A stretch of DNA of 27,195 nucleotides from positions 1-27,195 of the IMG/VR virus record IMGVR_UViG_3300032330_001471. One strand, written 5' to 3'. Made by a program: the position numbers and the translations under genes. How positions within the stretch are numbered: position 1 is the stretch's first letter; each line of letters opens with the position of its first letter. This document shows positions 1-8,315 of the stretch, piece after piece. The notes under the pieces are model-generated. The model worked only from the letters and a program-made list of their open reading frames with translations. It did no database searches and had not been told where the DNA came from. The DNA comes from a virus (Duplodnaviria > Caudoviricetes).

Positions 1-3000
1 GCATCTTCTGGTGGTGCTGGCGGTAATGGGTCATCTTCATCAATTTCTGGTTCATCCGTAACTTATGCTGGCGGTGGTGGCGGTGGTTCAAATGGAGGAA
101 CTGCTGGCACAGGCGGTACAGGCGGTGGTGGAAATGGCTCAACTGGTGGTGGTGGAACCGCTTCTTCTGCAACTGCAAACACAGGCGGTGGCGGAGGCGG
201 TGGAGGCGGAAACATAGCCATTACTCCAGACAATGGAGGAGCTGGTGGCTCAGGCATTGTCATTATTTCTTATGCTGGCGCACAACAATTTGGTGGCGGT
301 GTCGTCACATCCGTGGGTGGTAACACTATCCACACCTTCAATACATCAGGTACGCTTTCCCCATTAAATCAATTGTCAGCAAGCTATTTAATCGTAGCTG
401 GTGGTGGTAGTGGTGGCTATAATGGTGGTGGAGGTGGAGCTGGGGGTTTATTAACTAGCTCTGGTTTGACTATTGACACCAACTCAACATACCTAGTAAC
501 CGTTGGTGCAGGTGGCACAGGAAACGGAACAAGGGCAGCAACAGGCGGTAATGGCGGTAATTCTTCTTTTAGTATTGTATCTACAGCAGCTGTAGGTGGT
601 GGTGGAGGTTCTGGAGATTTACTCGGAGCTGGTGCATCGGGCGGTTCTGGTGGTGGTGGAGCTAACTCTACAGGTGCTGGTGGCGCTGGAACTTCTTCAC
701 AAGGTAATGCTGGTGGCGCTGCTGGCGCTCTTGCAAGTACAACTGGAGGCGGTGGAGGCGCAAGCGCTGTAGGTGGAAGTGCATCCGTAACTACTGCTGG
801 TTCAGGTGGCGCTGGTACAGCATCTTCAATAAGCGGTTCTAGCGTTACTTACGCTGGTGGTGGTGGCGGTTATTGCGATAATTCTGGAACAGCTGGCACA
901 GGCGGTGCTGGTGGTGGTGGTAATGGTGGTAAAGGAAATACCACATCAGGAGTTGCTGGAACAACTAATTTAGGTAGTGGTGGAGGTGGTAATGGTATTG
1001 GTGGATCAGGAGCTAATGGCGGTTCAGGCATCGTAATCATTAGCTACGCTGGCTCTACTCAGCTCATGGCTGGCGGTTCAGTCACAATTACTGGTGGCTA
1101 TGTAATCCATACATTCACCTCAAGCGGATACTTAACACCTCTGACATTGGTTGGTAACTCTTTAAGATTCCGTGGCTCTGCTAACGGTTATTTATCACGC
1201 ACACCAACAGCAACAGCGACAAGTAATAAAATATTTACTATAGCATTTTGGTTCAAGCCTAGTTTAGCTCTTACAGTATCAAATGAAGCTTGGTATTTTG
1301 ATGCTTACAATCAAAGTTTTGGTTTGTATTTCAACATCAATTCAAAGCTCTCTTTACAGCTTACTGGCGGTGCTGGATACATTGTTCCAACACAGGTGGT
1401 GCGTGACCCTGCCGCTTGGTATCACATTGTTATTGCTGTAGATACAACTCAAGCAACTGCAAGTAACCGTATTAAGTATTACTTAAATGGCTTGCAAGTT
1501 ACTTCGTTTGTACAAGCTGATTATCCTGCTCAAAATACCACATACAACTGGAATCAAGCTGGTTCTGCTCAATATATTGGCACTAACTCTAATGCAACAA
1601 CCAGAAACTATGATGGTGAAATGACGCAGTTCTATTCCATTGATGGTCAACAATTAACACCAAACAGCTTCGGTACATTTAATAGCTACGGTGTATGGCA
1701 ACCTATCACCTACGGTGGTAGCTACGGTACTAATGGATTTTATTTGCCGTTTAGTCAAGGTTCGTCTACTTATGCTGGTAGCTTTAATGGTTCTAGTCAA
1801 TGGCTGACTTGGCCCGCAAACTTAACTTTTGGAACAAATAACTTTACCGTTGAGTGCTGGGTTTACTTTACAGGATTCCCAAATGCCGCTGGTGGTTTTG
1901 GGGCAACTCTTTTCCGTCAAGACCCAGCTACTGGTCGTACTGTTGATATTTTTGTTGAACAGTACAAACTTAAGTTTTATAGCCCAACAATCGGTGTTGA
2001 TGCATTTTTAGGCACTGAGACATTTACAACTGGTCAGTGGTATCACGTTGCTGTTGTTAAAAACGGAAATACAATAACTGGATATGTTAACGGAACAGCT
2101 TTAAGCTCTCCGCAAACAGGAAATGGTTCAAGCATTGGAACTATGGCTGTTGTTTCAACTGGTAAGGGTGATAACTATACTCAAGGATATGTTTCTAACT
2201 TGCGAGTTGTTAACGGTACTGCCGTTTACACAACCGCTTTTGTACCAACAACATCTCCGTTAACAAACATTTCCAATACAAATTCATTGATATTGCAAAG
2301 TGCAACAGTAATTGATAATAGCCCTAACGCTTGGACAATTACAAATAATGGTGGCGTAACAATGGCTGCCAATACAATTGTATTTGCTAATCCAAAGTCA
2401 TTGTGTGTTGACGCTGGTCCTGTAGGAAACAATTGGACACCAAATAATATTAGCAATAATACAAACTCAACCTACGACAGCATGACCGACGTCCCAACGC
2501 TGACTAGCGCAACTGTGGCTAACTATGCTGTGTTGAATCCGTTAGATGTAACAAGCCAAGGCGTAAGAAATGGTAATTTACAATGCTACGGAGCAGGTGC
2601 TTGGGGTCATAGACGCTCAACAATCCAAATGACAACAGGTTCTTGGTATTGGGAAGTTACTCCATCTTTCTCTGGCGGTAGCTACATATTTACTGGCGTT
2701 GTAACGCCTAGTGCAAGTTTATCTCAGTATGTTGGTCAAAATGCTAATGGTTGGGGTTTTAGTACCAATGATGGCACAATTGTTAATAATGGATCATCAA
2801 CAGCGTATGGTTCAGCCGTTGCGTCTGGAGTAGTAATTGGTGTAGCTTTTGATGCGGCTACAGGGAAGTTATATTTTAGAAATGCTTCTGGATGGTTTAA
2901 CTCTGGAAACCCAGCAACCGCTACAAACCCTGCCGTAACTATTGGCGCTGGCTCTTTCTTTGCTGCTGGTTCTGGATATGATTCTACAGACATCAATAAC

Positions 3001-3075
3001 TTTAACTTCGGTCAACAGCCATTTGCCTACACACCACCGTCAGGCTTCGTAGCCCTTAACACTTACAACCTATAA
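1..3075 (+). CDS. Tail fibre / receptor-binding-like virion protein, 5'-truncated: two Gly-rich repeats, two LamG/concanavalin A-like domains and a SPRY/B30.2-like domain
   Basis: Frame 1 is open from base 1, so the GTG at 313 in the ORF track is internal. Two copies of SISGSSVTYAGGGGG...GGSGIVIISY...IHTF; LamG motifs RDPAAWYHIVIAVDTT and FTVECWVY...WYHVAVV...GYVSNLRVV; SPRY motif GSWYWEV...IGVAFD...NFGQQPF. Confidence 0.8.
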   Translation, partial: ASSGGAGGNGSSSSISGSSVTYAGGGGGGSNGGTAGTGGTGGGGNGSTGGGGTASSATANTGGGGGGGGGNIAITPDNGGAGGSGIVIISYAGAQQFGGGVVTSVGGNTIHTFNTSGTLSPLNQLSASYLIVAGGGSGGYNGGGGGAGGLLTSSGLTIDTNSTYLVTVGAGGTGNGTRAATGGNGGNSSFSIVSTAAVGGGGGSGDLLGAGASGGSGGGGANSTGAGGAGTSSQGNAGGAAGALASTTGGGGGASAVGGSASVTTAGSGGAGTASSISGSSVTYAGGGGGYCDNSGTAGTGGAGGGGNGGKGNTTSGVAGTTNLGSGGGGNGIGGSGANGGSGIVIISYAGSTQLMAGGSVTITGGYVIHTFTSSGYLTPLTLVGNSLRFRGSANGYLSRTPTATATSNKIFTIAFWFKPSLALTVSNEAWYFDAYNQSFGLYFNINSKLSLQLTGGAGYIVPTQVVRDPAAWYHIVIAVDTTQATASNRIKYYLNGLQVTSFVQADYPAQNTTYNWNQAGSAQYIGTNSNATTRNYDGEMTQFYSIDGQQLTPNSFGTFNSYGVWQPITYGGSYGTNGFYLPFSQGSSTYAGSFNGSSQWLTWPANLTFGTNNFTVECWVYFTGFPNAAGGFGATLFRQDPATGRTVDIFVEQYKLKFYSPTIGVDAFLGTETFTTGQWYHVAVVKNGNTITGYVNGTALSSPQTGNGSSIGTMAVVSTGKGDNYTQGYVSNLRVVNGTAVYTTAFVPTTSPLTNISNTNSLILQSATVIDNSPNAWTITNNGGVTMAANTIVFANPKSLCVDAGPVGNNWTPNNISNNTNSTYDSMTDVPTLTSATVANYAVLNPLDVTSQGVRNGNLQCYGAGAWGHRRSTIQMTTGSWYWEVTPSFSGGSYIFTGVVTPSASLSQYVGQNANGWGFSTNDGTIVNNGSSTAYGSAVASGVVIGVAFDAATGKLYFRNASGWFNSGNPATATNPAVTIGAGSFFAAGSGYDSTDINNFNFGQQPFAYTPPSGFVALNTYNL
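31..1122 (+). repeat. Internal duplication of the Gly-rich module (protein-level repeat)
   Basis: SISGSSVTYAGGGGG at ~40-87 and ~826-870; GGSGIVIISYAG at ~244-279 and ~1018-1053; IHTF follows each copy. The copies differ mostly at synonymous positions, consistent with an old duplication. Confidence 0.75.
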
Positions 3076-3079
3076 GACT

Positions 3080-4150
3080 ATGCCAACAACATACGCAATC
3101 CCCAACGGTCGGACAGTAATGGATGCTACCCTGTATACGGGTAACGGCTATCCAACGGCAGGCACACAGTCTATTGTTAACTCTGACTTAGGCAGTGGTG
3201 GATTTAAGCCCGACTTTATTTGGATTAAACAAACAAATGGTGTTGGAAACCACACACTTACCGACTCAGTTCGTGGTACCAACAGTCAGTTATTTTCTGC
3301 CCAAACTGTTGCACAAGAAACTGTAACCGATGCCGTAACCGCATTTAACACAAATGGCTTTAGTTTAGGCTCAAACACACAAGGCACATTGCCATTTGTT
3401 AATACAAACAATCAAAGTTTTGTAGCATGGCAATGGCAAGCTGGACAAGGTACAACTTCATCAAATACCGCTGGTTCTCAAACAAGCACAGTAAGCGTTA
3501 ATGCTACCGCTGGATTTAGTATTGTTACTTTTACAGCTACTGGGGTAAATGTTAATGGTACAGTTGGTCATGGGCTTGGTGCTACACCAAGTTTAATTAT
3601 TGTAAAAAATAGTGCCTCAGCATCAAATTGGGTTGTTTATTCTTCTGCTGTGGTTACCAATGTAAACCAATTTTTAAGATTAAATGATACAAGTGCTTTG
3701 ATTACATTAAGCCAAGTGTGGGGCAGTACATTACCAACTTCTACGGTATTTGGAATTAGAGGTGATGTTACCGTTGCTGCTAGTACAGCTTGTGTAGCTT
3801 ATTGCTGGACACCTATAGCTGGCTTCTCCCAGTTTGGTAGCTACACAGGCAACGGCTCTTCTGATGGTCCATTTGTATATACAGGGTTTAGACCAGCGTT
3901 TATGCTTACCAAAAGAACAGATACCACTTCGGATTGGGTAATTATTGATACTTCTCGTGCGCCATATAATGCCGTTAGTCCATACATTGTTGTTAATACA
4001 AATGCCGCAGAAAATAATTACACAGGATGGGATTTATTATCTAATGGTATTAAATTAAGAAATACCGATGCTGGAATTAATGCTAATGGTGGTACTTATA
4101 TATACATGGCATTTGCCGAAAACCCTTTTAAATACGCTAACGCACGATAG
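3080..4150 (+). CDS. Tail-fibre-associated virion protein (beta-rich repeat module)
   Basis: Motifs LYTGNG, FKPDFIWIK, GFSIVT, HGLGATP, FGSYTGNG, GFRPAF and YIYMAFAENPF are typical of the module that follows SPRY domains in aquatic phage tail proteins. Confidence 0.7.
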   Translation: MPTTYAIPNGRTVMDATLYTGNGYPTAGTQSIVNSDLGSGGFKPDFIWIKQTNGVGNHTLTDSVRGTNSQLFSAQTVAQETVTDAVTAFNTNGFSLGSNTQGTLPFVNTNNQSFVAWQWQAGQGTTSSNTAGSQTSTVSVNATAGFSIVTFTATGVNVNGTVGHGLGATPSLIIVKNSASASNWVVYSSAVVTNVNQFLRLNDTSALITLSQVWGSTLPTSTVFGIRGDVTVAASTACVAYCWTPIAGFSQFGSYTGNGSSDGPFVYTGFRPAFMLTKRTDTTSDWVIIDTSRAPYNAVSPYIVVNTNAAENNYTGWDLLSNGIKLRNTDAGINANGGTYIYMAFAENPFKYANAR

Positions 4151-4161
4151 GAGAAGTAAAA

Positions 4162-4509
4162 ATGTCACATTATGCTAAAGTAGAAAATGGCATCGTAACG
4201 CAAGTTATTGTTGCCGAAGCTGATTTCATCGCCACAGGCGCTCTAGGCGACCCTGCTGGTTGGGTTCAGACTAGCTACAACACCATTGGTGGACAACACA
4301 CTCAAGGTGGTGAACCACTTCATAAGAACTATGCTGGAATTGGTTACATATGGGATGGCACAGGTTTTCATGCCCCACAACCATACGCAAGCTGGACATT
4401 AAACCAAGACTCTTATACTTGGGAAGCTCCAGTAGCAATGCCGAGCGAAGGCGGTCAATATTCTTGGAATGAGGAAACTCAGGCTTGGGATGCAGTAGAA
4501 ACTGTTTAA
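4162..4509 (+). CDS. Conserved phage tail-associated protein
   Basis: SD GGAG upstream. MSHYAK..VTQVIVA..WVQTSYN..KNYAGIGY..PQPYASW..WEAP is a pattern commonly found next to tail-fibre genes. Confidence 0.65.
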   Translation: MSHYAKVENGIVTQVIVAEADFIATGALGDPAGWVQTSYNTIGGQHTQGGEPLHKNYAGIGYIWDGTGFHAPQPYASWTLNQDSYTWEAPVAMPSEGGQYSWNEETQAWDAVETV

Positions 4510-4524
4510 TAAAAAGGAAAACAC

Positions 4525-4680
4525 GTGGAAAAAATTACATTGTCAGTCAATTTAGTGAATCAGCTTTTAGGCTATTTGGGCTCACGTCCTTACCAAGAAG
4601 TATTTCAAATTGTTGAAGCGGTTCAAAAAGAAGCTCAAAATCAACCTAAAGACGAACCGATTGAAGTAGCGAGTGAATAA
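4525..4680 (+). CDS. Small hypothetical phage protein (51 aa, GTG start; not in ORF track)
   Basis: AAGGA SD, then GTG; MEKITLSVNLVNQLLGYLGSRPYQEVFQIVE...; its stop abuts the ATG at 4681. Confidence 0.7.
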   Translation: MEKITLSVNLVNQLLGYLGSRPYQEVFQIVEAVQKEAQNQPKDEPIEVASE

Positions 4681-4890
4681 ATGGATATGGAAACTGTTGT
4701 AGCTGAAAACGACAAACGACTCTCAATTCATGAGGCGGTTTGCGCTGAACGCTATGAGGGTATTCAAGACTCTTTCAAAAAAGGAGTTGAACGCATGCAG
4801 AAGATTGAACGTCTTCTGTATGCGGTGATTGCTTGCGTATTCCTTGGTCCAACTTTCGCTGTTGAAGTTATCAAACATATAATTAAGTAA
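4681..4890 (+). CDS. Small membrane protein, XhlA/holin-like
   Basis: HEAVCAERY coiled-coil followed by a C-terminal hydrophobic helix; first gene of the lysis cassette. Confidence 0.55.
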   Translation: MDMETVVAENDKRLSIHEAVCAERYEGIQDSFKKGVERMQKIERLLYAVIACVFLGPTFAVEVIKHIIK

Positions 4891-4909
4891 GGGATGAAAA
4901 CAGTGCGAT

Positions 4910-5365
4910 ATGTCAGATCCATTAGGATTGTCGGAGGGCGTAAAGGGTCTTAGCGCTGGATTAGATAGTAGCCGAGAAGCTGCTAAATCCGTCTCTAAGA
5001 GTATCGAAAATATACAGCAAGACGCGGTAGACGTAGCTCAAAAGAAAGCTAACGAGCGCATTAGAGCAAGACGTGAAGCAGAGTTTAAGAAGCAACGAGC
5101 ATTAATCAAGGCTTTAGAGTCATGGCAGAAAAAGAAGCAAATAAGTGATGAAGAAGCCAAACTGAAAATAGATTTTGTAAAGAAATACGGTGCAAAAGAG
5201 TGGGAAGCAGTGCTGAAGATTAAATTAGATATTGAGAATATGGAGCGCAAAGATAACGAAGAGTTCCAGCATGATTTAAAAGATGTGAGACGAGTACAGT
5301 TTTACTGTTTTGTTGCAGCGTTGATTGTTACGTTATGGTTAAAATTTATATTGGGCGCGTTTTAA
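4910..5365 (+). CDS. Hypothetical coiled-coil protein with C-terminal TM helix
   Basis: Highly charged helical body and a terminal hydrophobic segment (VQFYCFVAALIVTLWLKFILGAF). Confidence 0.6.
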   Translation: MSDPLGLSEGVKGLSAGLDSSREAAKSVSKSIENIQQDAVDVAQKKANERIRARREAEFKKQRALIKALESWQKKKQISDEEAKLKIDFVKKYGAKEWEAVLKIKLDIENMERKDNEEFQHDLKDVRRVQFYCFVAALIVTLWLKFILGAF

Positions 5366-5411
5366 TGTTTGTTTATTTAACTTTTTGTTTTAGTTACTGG
5401 GGAGCGTTGGC

Positions 5412-5819
5412 ATGTTTGGCGTAGATGATATCATTAATGTAGGCATGAAAATATTGGATAAAGTTATTCCTGATCCAGCAGCGAAAGCAGAAGCACAAGC
5501 AAAATTATTAGAAATCCAACAGCAAGGGAGACTTGCGGAACTACAAGCAGATACAGCAGAAGCGCAAGAGTTAACAAAACGGCAAGAATCAGATATGGCA
5601 TCGGATAGCTGGCTTTCTAAGAATATTCGACCAATGACTTTGATTGCTATTTTAGCTGGATATTTCACCTTCGCGATGCTTTCCGCGTTCAACATTGAAA
5701 CTAATAAGTCTTACGTTGATCTCTTAGGTCAATGGGGTATGTTAATTATGTCGTTCTATTTCGGTGGTAGAACCCTTGAGAAAATTATTGACATGAAGAG
5801 CAAACAGAATGATAAATAA
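5412..5819 (+). CDS. Holin (3-TM, GTA-holin-like family)
   Basis: ILDKVIPDP..., SDSWLSKNIRP, hydrophobic helices and FYFGGRTLEK; SD GGAG; lies just upstream of the endolysin. Confidence 0.75.
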   Translation: MFGVDDIINVGMKILDKVIPDPAAKAEAQAKLLEIQQQGRLAELQADTAEAQELTKRQESDMASDSWLSKNIRPMTLIAILAGYFTFAMLSAFNIETNKSYVDLLGQWGMLIMSFYFGGRTLEKIIDMKSKQNDK

Positions 5820-6039
5820 AGAATCAGTTCCTGGGTTCGTAACCGTAGTAGTAACGCTTACCCTCTGCATCGTTGTAATTGGCATGGTCGGTACAATGAT
5901 GGTTGGAATGTTTGACAGCGACATTAGTAACGATAAAATATTTGAAGCGATTACTCCAGCATTTCAAACCATCATCGGTGGTTTTATTGGCTTAATCACA
6001 GGTATCAAAATAGGACAAGATAGCAATGAATCTGACTGA
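5809..6039 (+). CDS. Small two-TM membrane protein in the lysis cassette
   Basis: Two hydrophobic stretches; overlaps both neighbouring genes. Confidence 0.6.
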   Translation: MINKESVPGFVTVVVTLTLCIVVIGMVGTMMVGMFDSDISNDKIFEAITPAFQTIIGGFIGLITGIKIGQDSNESD

Positions 6040-6454
6040 ACATTTCACTCTTGAAGAATTAACACACACTGACCACAGGGAGTTTAGTAATGAACCTAAC
6101 GAATCTGAAATTGAAAATATCAAGCGTCTTGCAGGGTTTCTTGAGCAAGTTAAAACAGCTTTGGGCGGTAAGCCTGTCATGGTTAACAGCGCGTTTCGGT
6201 CCAAAGAAGTAAACGACGCAGTCGGCTCTAAAGACAGCAGCCAACATCGCGTAGGTTGTGCAGCGGACATTCGTGTTCCAGGAATGACGCCAGACGAAGT
6301 AGTAAAAACGATCATGGCTTCTGATCTTCAATATGATCAAATTATTCGTGAATTTGATCGCTGGACACATATTAGTGTTCCGAACAAAAAAGATACCCCT
6401 GCTCGTAAACAAGCACTTATAATTGACAGAACAGGAACAAGGGCTTACTCATGA
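6026..6454 (+). CDS. Endolysin, peptidase M15 family (Zn peptidase)
   Basis: HFTLEEL, SAFRS..VN.AVG, SQH..GCAAD and WTHIS supply the His/Asp/His zinc ligands. Confidence 0.85.
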   Translation: MNLTEHFTLEELTHTDHREFSNEPNESEIENIKRLAGFLEQVKTALGGKPVMVNSAFRSKEVNDAVGSKDSSQHRVGCAADIRVPGMTPDEVVKTIMASDLQYDQIIREFDRWTHISVPNKKDTPARKQALIIDRTGTRAYS

Positions 6455-7083
6455 CAGTCTCATTCGTACTCACATATGACTCGTTGACTACAACTGTGTT
6501 ACAGTATCTGGAGCGTAACGACCCAGCTACAGTAAACCAGATTCCGACTTTCATTACGATGTGTGAGTTTGAGATTTCACAGCAAATAAAAACGCTAGGT
6601 CAGATGCAAGTTGTTGAAAGCACGATGTTAGCAGGAAACCCTGTTATTCAAAAGCCTGCTCGCTGGCGCAAAACAGTCTCATTTAATGTAGTCGTAAACG
6701 GATCTCGTCAGCCTGTTTATTTGAGAAAATACGAATATCTTAAATCTTACACACCTAATTCTTCAACAACAGGTATTCCTCTTTATTATGGTGATTATGA
6801 CTATGAACATTGGACCGTAGCTCCAACACCTAGTCAAAATTACGATTTTGAAGTTTTATTTTATGAGCGTATCGCTCCTCTATCTACTGAGAATCAAACA
6901 AACTGGCTAACGCAGTACGCGCCTAACGCGATGTTATTTGGAACTCTATTACAAGCAATGCCGTTTTTAAAAAACGATCAACGCGTAATATTTCAACAGA
7001 AATATGATCAAGCGATGCAGATGTTGAAAACAGAAGATATTGTGCGCATTGCTGACCGTCAAGCTATTGCTATCGAAAGTTAA
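6451..7083 (+). CDS. Head-tail adaptor/connector protein
   Basis: TYDSL...YL.R.D....IPTFI..., P.YY, APTP, NWL...PN.ML.G.L..A..FLKND; size and position match podoviral adaptors; ATGA overlap with the endolysin. Confidence 0.65.
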   Translation: MTVSFVLTYDSLTTTVLQYLERNDPATVNQIPTFITMCEFEISQQIKTLGQMQVVESTMLAGNPVIQKPARWRKTVSFNVVVNGSRQPVYLRKYEYLKSYTPNSSTTGIPLYYGDYDYEHWTVAPTPSQNYDFEVLFYERIAPLSTENQTNWLTQYAPNAMLFGTLLQAMPFLKNDQRVIFQQKYDQAMQMLKTEDIVRIADRQAIAIES

Positions 7084-7085
7084 TT

Positions 7086-8315
7086 ATGACCTCTTATGTA
7101 AATCCGTTCACAGGACAAACTATTCAGCCAAGCCAAGTTGGTTATGAACAGTTAACGATTTCTACCGACACAACATTACAATGGCCAGTAAATGGCAATA
7201 CGAATGATGTAGTTGCTAATATTATTGAAATTACCGCGACACTTAATACAAACCTCAAACTCATTATGCCTGCAGCTACGCAGGTATCTACTGGTCAAAG
7301 CGTATTAATTAAGAATATAGGTTCATATCCATTTACAGTTGTTAAAAGCGATGGCAGTACGATTGTTTCAGTAGCTTCAGGTATTGCTCAATATATTTAC
7401 CTTACTAATAATTCAACAATACCAGGAACATGGGCTACTGTTACTTTTGGTGCAGGAACAAGTTCCGCGAATGCATCTGCTCTTGCAGGTTACGGATTAA
7501 AGGCAATTAGCACCACGCTCAATCAATCTTATCAATTAGCAACTTATGCGTCAAACTATTCTTTAACTGCAGCCGACCGAGCTAAATTCCTTCTATGGAG
7601 CAGTGGTGTAGGTACATTTACATTACCACTCGCTTCTGATGTTGGAAATGACTGGTTTGCAATGATCAGAAATAACGGTACAGGTATTTTAACTGTACAA
7701 CCTGCTGGCGCAGATACGATAAACGGAAATGCAAATCAACAACTTCAGATTACCGAATCATTTGTTATTGTATCCAATGGTTCAACAGGGTTTAACACTT
7801 TCGGTTATGGACAAGCAACTCAGTTTTCTTATACTCAACTTGCATTAGATGTTACAGGTCTTGGACCGACAATTACTCTTTCTGCAGCTCAAGCGGCAAA
7901 TCAAATTCAAGAGTATTTCGGTGTACTTGCAGCAAATACAACCGTCATAGTACCTCCAACAGTTCAGTTATATACAATCACAAATAATACAACTGGCGCG
8001 TATAGTTTAAAATTCTCAACTGGCGCAGTTGGTGCATCAACTGTTACTGTTAGTCAAACTCAAACATTGATTATTATTTGCGATGGAACAAACGTATACA
8101 ACGCAAATAGCTCAGCAATTTCAACTCTTCCTAGTCTAACACTTAATGCTGGTTCAGCAGTTGCACCTTCATTAAACTTTACAGGTAACACAAATACTGG
8201 TTTTTATCAACCCTCGTCAGGTCAACTGGGCTGGTCATTAAATGGCGTAAATAAAATGACATTAACGTCATCTGGATTAGCTGTCATCAATGGTATTTCC
8301 GGAGGAACTTTTTGA
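7086..8315 (+). CDS. Virion structural/tail protein
   Basis: Thr/Ser/Gly/Asn-rich beta-strand composition, with TFTLPLA...G.W and GSAVAPSLNF.G.TNTGFY motifs of tail proteins. Confidence 0.55.
   Translation: MTSYVNPFTGQTIQPSQVGYEQLTISTDTTLQWPVNGNTNDVVANIIEITATLNTNLKLIMPAATQVSTGQSVLIKNIGSYPFTVVKSDGSTIVSVASGIAQYIYLTNNSTIPGTWATVTFGAGTSSANASALAGYGLKAISTTLNQSYQLATYASNYSLTAADRAKFLLWSSGVGTFTLPLASDVGNDWFAMIRNNGTGILTVQPAGADTINGNANQQLQITESFVIVSNGSTGFNTFGYGQATQFSYTQLALDVTGLGPTITLSAAQAANQIQEYFGVLAANTTVIVPPTVQLYTITNNTTGAYSLKFSTGAVGASTVTVSQTQTLIIICDGTNVYNANSSAISTLPSLTLNAGSAVAPSLNFTGNTNTGFYQPSSGQLGWSLNGVNKMTLTSSGLAVINGISGGTF

Noticed and set aside
63-263. Pro-rich - strand ORF
   Set aside because: Antisense shadow of Gly codons in the tail-fibre gene.
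31-1122. Repeats in the tail fibre as a DGR template/variable repeat pair
   Set aside because: Differences are synonymous and not adenine-specific, and there is no reverse transcriptase in the window.
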